Shown here: piece after piece, positions 23,661 to 34,883 of the stretch
Layout of the letters: the number at the start of each line of letters is the position of its first letter
Position numbering within the stretch: position 1 is the first letter of the stretch
Assembly: GCA_937625935.1 (NCBI GenBank)
Contig: OW569385.1
Coordinates: 62,001 to 126,000 of the forward strand
Reading direction: 5' to 3'
Length of the DNA stretch: 64,000 bases
Origin: Tetramitus jugosus
Lineage: Eukaryota; Protista; Heterolobosea
The notes under the pieces: model-generated
Seen by the model: only the letters and a program-made list of their open reading frames with translations
What the model was told of the DNA's origin: nothing
Database searches by the model: none
Translations under genes and position numbers: made by a program

Positions 23661-26056
23661 ATGAGAACAAGTAAAGAAAAAGAGAATTGTCAAATGACAG
23701 ATCATCAGGTGAGGAATCTCCAGAACACTGCTACGAATCAAAGTTCAAGATCATCGACCGTGGTTCCGTTCAACATGTTGAACTCTGTTCCTTTTCCTTC
23801 CATGTGGAACATGGGCGATTCAAGTCATGGAAGAGCGTTTCCTCTTCAACAGGTGCAAAACTTGGAGGGATCAGGGAATGGTGTGCGGCAATCAGTCAAG
23901 TCCTTTGCATTCTCACAGCCTTCTCCTCCTCCACCTTCTTTCTCACAAGAAGAAAACGGTGACAGGATCAAGGTGAATGGAGACGAACAAGGGACAGATG
24001 ACTGTGCATTTAGTGCTCTGCTTCGGAGCTCTGATGGTAGCGCAGTTCAAGTCATGAGCTCTGGTGAAGTGACACCGGTGACTCCCTCCTTACCAATGTC
24101 TCAATTGACCATTTCCAAAAGTGGTGGCGATTCCAGTCCGACTACTCCTAATAGTCCTCTCAACAATACAACTGAACAGGCAGGCAAGTCCAGGGACACA
24201 ACAGAGGAACAAAAGAAAGACGACGATGAAAAGAGCACGACAACGAGTACTGCTACTACCTCCACGAACAGAAAGGAAAAATCACTTCGGGTATTAACTG
24301 ATCGGTTTATTGAGCTATGTAACCAAAAGAAGGTTCAAACACCGAATTTTGAGATCAAGTTGGATGATGTAGCAAAGGAGATGAACGTAGAAAAGAGAAG
24401 AGTTTATGATATTATCAATGTGTTAGAGAGCATATTTGCTGTAAAGAAGACGGCAACAAATGTGTATCAATGGATCGGCCTAGATGAATTGACTCTTTCT
24501 CTGAATAAGATAAGGGTATGTGGTTGTTTGTGTTGGGTGCGTCACATTAAGTTACTTACTTTTTCTTTCTGTCTTTATAGTTGAGTGCGTTGCAAGACCA
24601 ACAACTTTACAACAGCATATCCAACACGAATATAACAGGTGAAGAGACAGATGCCATCAGACGGAGCCTTGAGTGTTTTCCAGAAGCAATGCGGAATCCT
24701 TCCCAACAGATGACTGGTCCGGTAGCCAAGAAGAGTGAGAGATCGCTCACTCAGTTGAGTCAAAAGTTTATTCAGTTATTTTTGGTAATTCAATCAATCT
24801 CCTTATCTCATCAAACCGTTGTTGACATTTTATTTAAGAATTACAATAATATAACGACAGAATCCAGTTTAAGAAGTATGTGTAATGCACCGAGGTATAC
24901 GCTCCTCCGTGATTCTTGCTACGCCCAACTGAGTCTAACACTCATCCTCTCTTTTTTCATTCAAACAGCAAAAGTAAGACGCCTTTACGACGTTGTAAAC
25001 ATTTTGGCAAGCTTGAGTCTTATACAAAAATGTAACATAACTGAAGGAAAAAAACAAAACGTTTTCAGATGGACTGGTCAATTATTCAACAAAATTGTTA
25101 CATGCACGAATGAAGAATCACAAACGACTGTTGAGTCTCACTCGCCAATCGCCACTGCTTCGTCATCATCTCTCGACAACACCACCTCTACCTCCAACTC
25201 CACCAATAACAATGACCCGTCCTTACTTATATCTCCATCGAAATCTGTTCCGTTAAAGAAACGTAAGCGAACTTCTCGATCTGTGTCTGCCGTCCAAACT
25301 TTCGATGTACTTGCGGACGAACAAAATGAGAAACAAGCATCGAACAACGAGACTTATCAATATGATAATGCAGTTGATACAACGAGGCTTTCAATTGATA
25401 GTAACTTGTGTTTGGATACATCTGGTCTCGCTTCCGCTGATAGCACTCCACAAAAGAAGGATGAGGAACATGAAAAGGAGAATCGAACTGGTTACGTTTC
25501 ACCAACGGACCGAAGTGGACTCCACTTTCAATTTAATTCACCTCCACCAAAGAGGAATCGACAGTGCGGAGGACTTGATATTACGCCAAAGATGAGTACT
25601 GCCACACAGAGTCACGATAGCAATAAGAAGCCATTGTCAACACTGTACTCATCTAATCAAGATCAGCTCGCACCTAAACTACCAAATGTTACTCGTGTTC
25701 TCAGTTACAGCATTGGCACGACGAAATTTACATCAATGCCGAGCCATTCGACAAACATGATCAACATCAGCAACAACATTAATACTAACACTAATAACAT
25801 TAACTTGCCCAAACCCATGCATCTCGGAGCATTGAATTCGCGGCTAACAATGAGCTCTGTATCTAATTTAATCTCAAGACCTGCTGTATCAACGACACCA
25901 ACATCGTTCACACCACCGGCTATATCAACCAACAATAACACTGTTGGATCCACTACTCCACTCTCCCCTTTGAATCATACCAGCCACAAATCACTCACCT
26001 CAGGTCAATCTAGGATAAAGATCTCTCTGCTGGGCTCATCCAAACAACATCAATAG
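23661..26056 (+). CDS. Atypical E2F transcription factor (E2F7/8, DEL-like) with two DNA-binding domains
   Basis: DBD1: RKEKSL...VEKRRVYDIINVLES. DBD2: SLTQLSQKFIQLF...TKVRRLYDVVNIL after removing introns 24516-24580 and 24876-24968. Start ATG 23661 or 23694. Confidence 0.9.
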
Positions 26057-26432
26057 CATGAACCAACTCCCTCCTACCACTCTACCCTCTCCCAATTCGA
26101 ACAACAAATAATTATATCCCTCCTGAAACAACCACTCCCACAGGAACAACCACTCATGACAAAATATTTGACCCACTCATGCAAAACAAGGCAACAAACC
26201 CTATGTTGAACAGAGAGAGCACAACAGTGCAGCTGCACTTTAGCCAGAGTCGAATATGATGCATCGTGCTCAATAAAGTTCTCCACACCATTCTGTGTCC
26301 CCCCCTTCTTCAAACAACCTTTCCTTGAACTCGAAAATTAGCCCGTGTGAAAAAGCAAAACAAATTTCACCCAAAAAAGCAAAAAAAAAATTGCAAATCG
26401 CAACAAACAATAGAACAAAAGCAACAACAATC

Positions 26433-29400
26433 ATGACGATGACATCATATGCATCTTTGAGGCGACTTGGTCAACAACATTCACACATTACTCGTCAGAC
26501 TCTCAAGCATCAACCATCATGTTTTTCATTCAACATGTCTCATTTTCATCATCGTTTGTTACGCACCACAAATCATCAACATCATCAACGACATGTTGTT
26601 GTTAATCATCGTTTATTGACGAATACCGGTAGTAGTAGTAAACACACGTTGTACAATAACAATATTCAAAAACAACATTTTTCAACACTTGTTGCATCAA
26701 AACAACAACAACAATTTCAACTTCAACAACAAGAAAATAATGAAAAGAATGATGGTGAAAAAATTGTACTCTGTGCAAGTGCAAAACGAGAAATGAATTC
26801 ACTCATTGTTCCATTGCACTCCATTTTATCATTCTTCTCTTTGAACAATTCCAATAATAACACTAATAATAAGAATGAGAATGAGAATGAGAATGAGAAT
26901 GAGAATAATGAAAAGAGTAAAATTAGTCAAAAGATGAAGGAAACGATTCATGAAATGATTCAATTGATTCAATCATGTAATGATCAATCATATGCAAGAG
27001 TCATTGTACTTGCTCACAAGGCACTTTTATTGTCATCTCTTTTGAATGATCATACTGTTCATAGTGATAGTTGTGATCATGGTGGTGATCATCATGTAGA
27101 GAGATCAATGATGATGACGACGATGATGACATCGTATCTCTATCATTGGTCTTCTCGTTTCCTACTCGTGTTTTCCAACGCTCAAAAAACAAGATTGTTG
27201 TCAGAGTTGGTCTCACTTTCTCATTCTTCATCTTTGTCGGGGCTGTTGATGAACAATGGTGTGATGAATCAACAGGAAGAACAATCCATTTTTCAATTGA
27301 TTTCTCATGTGAGAATCATGATTGCACTCAAGAGAGGAGATGACATGTTGTTGAGAGTGTTGGATTCGTTGATTCATCAGTGTTTGATGCTGGTGGACAC
27401 TAGGGTTGATCACATTGAGAGTAGTAGTAGTGATGATGATGTTGGTGGAGATCCAATTGTGTTGAGAATGATGCAACAAGAGGGACTAGTAGAGTGTTTG
27501 GAAGATCAAACAAGGATGGCCAAGAGTACAGCTGCACTGTTGCACTTGTTGAAGGCGTTGGCGTGCAACGATGCAGGAATGGGAGAGGAAACTGTTGAAG
27601 AAACTACAAAATCCATTGAGTTGTTGAATGATTTCAGTGTGGCATATGTGATTCGAGGATTGACGCTATTGTCAATGGAGGAGACAGAACAGGGCCTCCG
27701 GGATTTGAATCAAGCAGTGCAGTTGGATGTGAAAGAGGAGGACAATGATGACAAATGGTTGAATAATCCATTGTCGTTGATGCAGAGAGCCATGGCCACA
27801 GTGAGAATGAATCCGCACGATGCTTTCCATGACATTGAGAGAGCGTTGGAGATGGAGCCAGATAATCCAACCATTTATTTGATCAGAGGTCATATGAATG
27901 CAGAGATGGATTCATCGGTTGATGATGCATTGCAAGATTACAGTACAAGCGTTGAGTTGAATCAAGGTGTGCCAGCTGGCTATTATTCAAGAGCCAATTT
28001 ATTGTCAAAGTATGATGATCATTTGATTGATGCATTGAATGATTTGGATTTGATTGAGAGCATGGATCAGAATTATGCAGCTGGATACAATTTGAGAGCA
28101 GTGATTTTGAATAAGCAAGGTCATTATTCGAAAGCGCTTGAATGTGTAGACAGAGTGATTGAGATTGATAGTCATTTCCCATTGATTTACGAGTTGCAGG
28201 GAAAGATTTATTTGGATGGATTGAGCGATAGGGAATCAGCAACGAAAAGCTTTGAGAAGGCAGTGGAACTACGATCAATGACTTGCGAGAGTTTAGTGAA
28301 TTTGGGAAATATTTACATGACGACAGGTAATCACGAACTTGCTCTTCAATACTTGAATGATGCGATTGAGATGGAACCTTACTCGAGTCAAACCTATTTT
28401 GCACGTGCCAAGTTTAATTTTGAATGCAAGAGGAATTTTAGAGAAGCAATTCAAGATTTTGAAAAGGGAATTGAAGTTGCAAACGAATCTCATGCACCAA
28501 TCAGCGAACAAGTATTTATCGATAAGGCAGCTTGTTTATTAGCTCTCAAAGATCATGCAAAGGCAATTGCTGAATTAAAGCATGTTCTTCAACTCGATAT
28601 ATCAAGCATGCAAAAGAGCTTATGCTTGATTCTCATTGGGGAGAGTTATGCTCAATCCAATAGAGTATCTCAAGCGATGGAGTGCTTGGACGAAGCCGCA
28701 GAAATGGCACCCAATGCACTCGTGCACTTTAAGAGAGCAATGTTGTTGAGAAATGTCTTGGATCGCAAGGAGGATGCACTGAGCAATTTTACCAAGGCAA
28801 TCGATTTGTCCAATGGTACTCGTGCTGAATTTTATTATGAGCGAGCTGTGACTTTTGTTGCACTGGACAATATTCAAGATGCGTTGAGTGATCTGAATCA
28901 GGCCATTGCATTGGACGCCGACTACGTGGAGGCATTGGGTGATAGAGCTAGCATTTACTTCTCTCAAAGTAAGTACAGGGAAGCGTTGGAAGACGCTGAT
29001 CATGTTATTCGATTGGAGCCGGACAATGTGGCCACATTCTACAACTTGAGAGGAAAGATTCGATCGATGAATGGTGAGGTACATGAAGCAAAAGAAGACT
29101 TTGATTTGGCAATCGAGCTCGGTCCAAACGATCCCACGGTCTATCTCAATCGAGCAAGACTTTATCTTGAGTCGTTGGACAATATTCGAAAGGGTTTCAT
29201 GGACTTGAGTCACGCACTCAGTATCAATGAGAAGTACTTTGATGTGTACTTGTATCGGAGCAACTATTACAGAACAGTGAGCAAGAATTTTAAGAAGGCA
29301 TTGGAGGATGGAGAGGCATGCGTACTCTTGGATCCATCATCTCCCTATGCATACTATGAGAGAGGCATGAGTCACTTGGGCATGGAAAGCTATGATTCCG

Positions 29401-29840
29401 CAATGAAGGATCTAAACAGATGCATTGAGTTACAATCTGATGACTCACGTATGTTTGGTGCTCGAGCACTGCTCAAACTCAAGTTGAATCAACCTGAGCA
29501 ATCGCTAGTTGATTGCTTGCGTGCCATGGAACTCAATTCCGTTGATGTCGACGCTCTGAATCTTGGGTCAGTCATTTTGATTCAACTGAATCGAACGAAT
29601 GAAGCTCTCGACTGTATTAGAGCTTCAATCTCATTGGATCAGACTCAAGTTGTTCCAAGAGTCATTCGAGCTTGTGCCCATGTCATCGCAGGCGTAGAAC
29701 CAGATCTGGCAAAACCAGATATCGAATGGCTGGAAGGCAATGGATCCATCGATAGATTCAACAATCTAAAGATGAGTATCCAAGAAACACAGATCGAGCC
29801 GCATGTTGCCCTATCCAACTTGTTTGACCAAACATTTTAA
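26433..29840 (+). CDS. Large TPR-repeat protein, probably with an organellar presequence
   Basis: Many 34-aa TPR units (YxxRG...A..D...A..L.P). R/H/S-rich N-terminus. First ATG about 26433. Confidence 0.85.
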   Translation: MTMTSYASLRRLGQQHSHITRQTLKHQPSCFSFNMSHFHHRLLRTTNHQHHQRHVVVNHRLLTNTGSSSKHTLYNNNIQKQHFSTLVASKQQQQFQLQQQENNEKNDGEKIVLCASAKREMNSLIVPLHSILSFFSLNNSNNNTNNKNENENENENENNEKSKISQKMKETIHEMIQLIQSCNDQSYARVIVLAHKALLLSSLLNDHTVHSDSCDHGGDHHVERSMMMTTMMTSYLYHWSSRFLLVFSNAQKTRLLSELVSLSHSSSLSGLLMNNGVMNQQEEQSIFQLISHVRIMIALKRGDDMLLRVLDSLIHQCLMLVDTRVDHIESSSSDDDVGGDPIVLRMMQQEGLVECLEDQTRMAKSTAALLHLLKALACNDAGMGEETVEETTKSIELLNDFSVAYVIRGLTLLSMEETEQGLRDLNQAVQLDVKEEDNDDKWLNNPLSLMQRAMATVRMNPHDAFHDIERALEMEPDNPTIYLIRGHMNAEMDSSVDDALQDYSTSVELNQGVPAGYYSRANLLSKYDDHLIDALNDLDLIESMDQNYAAGYNLRAVILNKQGHYSKALECVDRVIEIDSHFPLIYELQGKIYLDGLSDRESATKSFEKAVELRSMTCESLVNLGNIYMTTGNHELALQYLNDAIEMEPYSSQTYFARAKFNFECKRNFREAIQDFEKGIEVANESHAPISEQVFIDKAACLLALKDHAKAIAELKHVLQLDISSMQKSLCLILIGESYAQSNRVSQAMECLDEAAEMAPNALVHFKRAMLLRNVLDRKEDALSNFTKAIDLSNGTRAEFYYERAVTFVALDNIQDALSDLNQAIALDADYVEALGDRASIYFSQSKYREALEDADHVIRLEPDNVATFYNLRGKIRSMNGEVHEAKEDFDLAIELGPNDPTVYLNRARLYLESLDNIRKGFMDLSHALSINEKYFDVYLYRSNYYRTVSKNFKKALEDGEACVLLDPSSPYAYYERGMSHLGMESYDSAMKDLNRCIELQSDDSRMFGARALLKLKLNQPEQSLVDCLRAMELNSVDVDALNLGSVILIQLNRTNEALDCIRASISLDQTQVVPRVIRACAHVIAGVEPDLAKPDIEWLEGNGSIDRFNNLKMSIQETQIEPHVALSNLFDQTF
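26874..26906 (+). repeat. (AATGAG)n hexanucleotide coding repeat (poly-NE)
   Basis: About 5 tandem AATGAG units. Confidence 0.8.
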
Positions 29841-30136
29841 TAAATTGGATCCAGTTGTAGAGCTTCCGGAATCTGTTGATCGATTGTTTAAGACCAGATG
29901 TCTGGACTCAAGGAGTTCTTGTCAAGGTGAGGACGTTCAAATAAAACGAGATGATCTAAGATTTATTGGAATCTATTCAGGTTTTATCATCCAGGAGCTC
30001 ATAGAATCGATATTTACAAAGTTTTAAAGCAGTTCACACCTACTGCATGCAAATTCCTTGCTATTTGGTTCAGTCTGCCAATTCACTCAGAAGTATTTCT
30101 AACCATTCGAAATACTTTTGATAACAAACCAACTGT

Positions 30137-31207
30137 CTAATGATTTCTCTTGCATTGGGCTGGAGAGACACCAAGGGCAGCGCACTCTTGATTAACCCAA
30201 GCAAAGAAACGGGTATTACCGTTGGCTTGACTAACTGAGGAGTACATGTACTTAATCATTGGTTTAGAAGAAACGCAAACAGTTTCTGTATCCTTCAGTG
30301 ACTTGAGAACTACCTTGTTGTCAGTGACAATGAGAGTAGATTGAATGGTACCGTTAGTTTTCAACTCCGCGGCAATTGTAGGCAAGAGTTCTTCTACTCC
30401 ACCGGATCTTGCTGTTTTGGCACAGATTACTTGAACATTGGACATATCGAGAAAAGATCTGGTCTTCAAGTTATTCTCAACCAATGAAGCCAATTTCTGT
30501 TCTTTGAGTAACAATTGAATTTGCTGCAAAGGGTTCTCCTTCATCCCATGGTGGAACTCCACGAGGATCTTGGCCAGAATCTTTCCAGCAGCAAGAATAC
30601 ACTCCTCGCTCTTTGTCAATCTGTCCATTGCCTTAGTGGATGAAAGCATACTCTCGGCATCTATGATCAAGTGGGTGATATGGGATGGCCAAATGTTTTC
30701 TCTAAGGTTAGAGATGATGGCCTTCGAAGCCTTTTGGGTTGATCTGGATAATGCTTTTCTCTTTCTTGCATCACTGGATGAAGAAGTGGTATCATCCTCC
30801 TGGAAGGATGAATCAACAGGACTCAATACTGGGATAGATGGTTCCTCACTCAATTCCTCAAGTACTGGGTTTTCTTGATCGCTCCCATTGATCTCCTGTT
30901 CAACAGAACATTCAACGTCGGATGGAGTCTTGAAAACGAGATTCAAAGTGCTCTGACCCATGATTTCAGTTTGGACCTTGATGGCAGTCAAAAGTTCATT
31001 GTCAGACATTACTTGAATCAAATCCTTGTCATCGTCATAGTACTGGATGGAACAGAGTGGATACTCTTGCTCCTTGATTTGATAGAGGGCAAAGATTTGT
31101 TCCATTAGGGTATGGTACATGTCTGATCTTTTAGCCACAGTTAATCTTCTGATTTGACTTTGGTAGTGAACCTTGATATTAATAGTAGGTGCAGTAGTGT
31201 TGGACAT
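30137..31207 (-). CDS. PB1-domain protein with a possible degenerate NYN/PIN-like C-terminal domain
   Basis: IKVHY..QIRR...YYDDDKDLI...SDNEL..A is a PB1/OPCA motif. HLIIDAESML and LIVTDNK resemble PIN/NYN strands. Confidence 0.75.
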   Translation of the reverse strand: MSNTTAPTINIKVHYQSQIRRLTVAKRSDMYHTLMEQIFALYQIKEQEYPLCSIQYYDDDKDLIQVMSDNELLTAIKVQTEIMGQSTLNLVFKTPSDVECSVEQEINGSDQENPVLEELSEEPSIPVLSPVDSSFQEDDTTSSSSDARKRKALSRSTQKASKAIISNLRENIWPSHITHLIIDAESMLSSTKAMDRLTKSEECILAAGKILAKILVEFHHGMKENPLQQIQLLLKEQKLASLVENNLKTRSFLDMSNVQVICAKTARSGGVEELLPTIAAELKTNGTIQSTLIVTDNKVVLKSLKDTETVCVSSKPMIKYMYSSVSQANGNTRFFAWVNQECAALGVSPAQCKRNH

Positions 31208-31862
31208 TCTTCAGTGAATAGGGTTGTAATAGTGATGTAAGATATCTCTTTCTGGTGCTTGTTGCTTGATTTTGAGAGTGAATCGACACCCAATAGTTTC
31301 TTTTATACCACTGTCCTGAAAGGTTTTCCTTCAGTTCCAGAGAGACCTCCATTGTCGGTATTCCTTCAACTTCGATGCCACTTTTAGAAAACTCATCCAC
31401 GATGACCAAGAAATAATCTCAAGTAATCGAGCTCTGTAAGTTCCAACCGAACTTGGGATTGCCATCAACCCACACTTTTTTTGTTGAAAGATGAGGATTT
31501 CCAAAAGATTTAACCGATTGGTGTTGGTGCGAAAACTATGTTCAAAACAATTCCAAGCGTATTGATTAAGCCTTCACTGTCCAGAGTCACAAAGTGGCTT
31601 GTGGGATCGCGCTCTATTCCGAGTTGCTGTCCCATTTTGATCTAAAACAATAGAAACCTTTTCTTTTAAAAATGCTGAGCCTGTTGGCTTGCTGCATTTT
31701 GTTGGTGCGAGCCTATTTTGCTTATTTTCTTTTGAACGATACTTATCAAGCAAACGCCATTGCATCTGAATACCTCCAGTAATTAGGATCCCAACGAGCA
31801 AAAAAGGGTTTCCATTCCTAAACAAACTTAGTATTTGTTGGTTTAATGGCACACAAAAAACA

Positions 31863-31934
31863 GGGGACAACGGAGAATCGAACTCCGGGCCTCTCGCACC
31901 CAAAGCGAGAATCATACCACTAGACCATTGTCCC
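31863..31934 (-). tRNA. tRNA-Pro(TGG)
   Basis: GGGACAA/TTGTCCC acceptor, CTCGC-TT-TGG-GT-GCGAG anticodon arm, GTTCGATTC, downstream T6. Confidence 0.95.
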
Positions 31935-32148
31935 TATATGTCACTGAAATCTTGAATATTTGACAGGCTCGTATTCACCGACGAGAAAAACCTGAGAGCG
32001 TTACTAACAAGGTAGAGGAGACACAAGTGCTATCGAGCTTTGTGACGCTCTACTCCTCTCGTTTCCGAGCGTCGCAAGGACGATCTGGGAAACTAAAAGA
32101 ACCTGGACAGCAACATGATTACCGAAATTGTTTTATTTGTTGATCAAT

Positions 32149-33370
32149 CTAGCAACATGATCCAGTTGGTGGTTTGCAAGATAAGCCTGAATCACAACTG
32201 CTGCCACCAGAAGAAGATGAGGTTGTAACAGTAGGTCCACAAGGGAACACTCCATAATGAACATCACGTGTGCCAATAACATCAAAATACTTTGACAACC
32301 AAGTTTCACTCAACATGGACGCAGTGTTGCCACAAACAAGGAATGGTTTTCCAGTTTCCAACTTGTGATGATCATCCAACTCGTAACTGTGTTTATGACC
32401 TTCAATAGTTCCCTTATAGATGGCATATTGTCCATAATCTTCGCACTGAGGTTCCAAGTTTTTCAACTTGAACAAACGATATGTAATGGAATAGAATTTG
32501 GCTTCTCCTACAATATCTTTCAACTCTGGATCAGTAATCTTGATTTCAGATGTTGAAGCAACTCTTGGATCAAAGAATCCAGTCTCTCTGCACAATCTTT
32601 CGAAATCACCAATGTACAATGCACCAGCAATGCATTCACCCAACAAGACTTCATGAGAACGAACCTTCTCTGATAATCTACGATCACAGTACACGTCAGA
32701 AAAGTAGAATTCACCACCTTCTTTCAACACTTGATACACGCTATCAAGAACACGTTGCTTGTTAGGTGACAAGTTGACAACACAGTTCGAAATGACCAAA
32801 TCCATAGAATTTGGTTCAATGCCTGCCTTTTCCAAAAATTCGATATAGCCCTGAACAAATCTCATATTGGCCTTTGGGTACTGGCACACTTTCATGAAAT
32901 TTTCAATGTGTTCACGAGACACTTGCAATTGTTCGTCAGTCATATCAATACCAGTTACTGAGCCATTAGGTCCGACCTGTGTTATTGAAATAAAAAATCA
33001 GCATTTTAGAGTAAAATTAATCATAACATATGAACAACTACAACAACGAGTGAAAAAAAAACAAACATACCAACTGAGCTGCCACATAACAGTCTCTTCC
33101 TGATCCAGAACCGAGATCCAGGACATGAAGTCCCTCAATACCCAATGGAATCGGGTTTCCACAACCATAGAATTTGGAGTTAATTTCCTCAGGTACTTTA
33201 CGAATCAATTGTTGAATCAATGGATGAGGACGACTAGCAGCTGTACAGGCACTTGTTTTCAAGTCTTTTGTAGATTGAAGAACAGCTCCATAGTACTGTT
33301 GAACTGAAGAGTACACAGTGTCAAAATCAGAGTAATTTCCTTTGGTGTCACCACCGGCAATGATTGACAT
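32149..33370 (-). CDS. AS3MT: Arsenite methyltransferase (AS3MT/ArsM), 2 exons
   Basis: LKTSAC, FYGCG, VLDLGSGSGRD, ISNCVVNL, GECIAGA, CEDYGQ and C-terminal CC. Intron 32977-33070. Confidence 0.93.
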
Positions 33371-33445
33371 GATTGTATTTTGTTGTTCGAGATCAAATTT
33401 GTTTTACTACTTTTTTTTTTGTTAAGTGGACAGGCCTGAAACTTT

Positions 33446-33497
33446 AAAACGTGATCTGCGGGAAACGTGCGGAACTCAATCCCGCAACGTGTTCCGC
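33446..33497. promoter_or_regulatory. Candidate shared element in the bidirectional ArsM promoter
   Basis: CGG-N8-CGG-N9-CCG-N9-CCG, three AACGTG copies, and inverted pairs GCGGGA/TCCCGC and GCGGAAC/GTTCCGC. Confidence 0.4.
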
Positions 33498-33567
33498 CTT
33501 GATCAGATAATAGAAAAATTATAATTGGGGTGAAACAAACAAAAAACTACTACTTTGGCAAAGAAAT

Positions 33568-34708
33568 ATGTCTGTTGTTCAGAAAAATCTGGGTGATTTG
33601 AACATCACAGAAGAAGAAATCAGAGTGTACGAATCGGTCAAAAATTTCTACAGTAAATTGGAGTCTGGCGGCGATTTGAAGACGAGTGCATGCTCTGCTA
33701 CGAGCAAACCACATCCCATTATTTGCCGTATCATTAGTCAAATTCCGGATGAAATCAGTACAAAGGTACCTATACACAACAAAACTATTGTTTCTCATTT
33801 GACAGTTAAAAAAACTTAAAAACAATTTTAAAAAGTTTTATGGATGTGGCAACCCAGTGCCTCTAGGTATCGAGGGATTAAGTGTTCTCGATTTGGGTAG
33901 TGGTGCTGGTCGTGATTGTTACATTGCTGCCAAGTTGGTTGGTCCCAATGGACATGTAACTGGAATTGATATGACCCCTGAGTTGCTGGATATCGCAAGA
34001 ACACAGTCTGAGGCATATACGACATCGGTCTTGAATTATCCACATTCTAATTTATCGTTCATTCAAGGGTATATTGAACATGTGATTGATGCTGGTGTCA
34101 AACCAAATTCAATTGATTTGGCCATTTCCAACTGTGTGATCACTCTGTCGCCAAACAAGAAGAAAATCTTATCAGGTGTTTATCAGGTGTTGAAGCAAGG
34201 AGGTGAATTCTACTTTTCCGATATGGTTTGTGATCGGAGAGTGCCACAACATTTGAAGGGTAATGAAATGTTACACGGAGAAGGAATTGCTGGTGCATTA
34301 TATATTGGAGATTATATCAAACTTTGCAAGCAAGTTGGTTTTAGAGATCCAAGAATTTTGTCATCAAGACCCTTGACCATCAATCGTGAGATTCAAGATA
34401 TGGTAGGCGAAGCCAAGTTCTATTCAGTCACTTTCCGTTTGTTTAAAGTTTCTGAAATAGAAGATGCACCTGAAGATTATGGACAAATGGCCATTTATCA
34501 AGGAACAATTGAAGGTCATGCACACAGCTATGTGCTTGATAGCTCTCACAAGTTTGAAACTGGAAAACCAGTTCTTGTGAGTGGCAACACTGCATCCATG
34601 TTGATCGAAACTTGGTTGTCAAAGTATTTCAAAGTGATTGGATCCCGTGATGTGCACTATGGATCGTTTTTGTTGGACCGTGCCTTGTGTGTATCTTCTT
34701 TCAAGTAG
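33568..34708 (+). CDS. Second arsenite methyltransferase paralogue lacking the fourth conserved Cys, 2 exons
   Basis: LKTSAC, FYGCG (after intron 33766-33835), LDLGSGAGRD and ISNCV are present, but GEGIAG replaces GECIAG. Confidence 0.9.
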
Positions 34709-34883
34709 ATCAAAACTAGTCACTTGTCCTGCTACAGGTCAAATGAACAACCAACAAATGTTCTTCATAAACAATAAATAGAGGAGTTTAAACTATGAAA
34801 TCTTGATCGTCACGTACATCTATTCACCCCAGCAGTTGTTTCAATTCGGCATCAAACTGTCGATTGGTTTGATGGTAATTGAG

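Noticed and set aside
31574-31915. Short ORFs overlapping tRNAs (also 60828-61070 and 63618-63896)
   Set aside because: Translations through tRNA genes.
34270-34290. Selenocysteine at the missing ArsM Cys
   Set aside because: The codon is GGA, not TGA.
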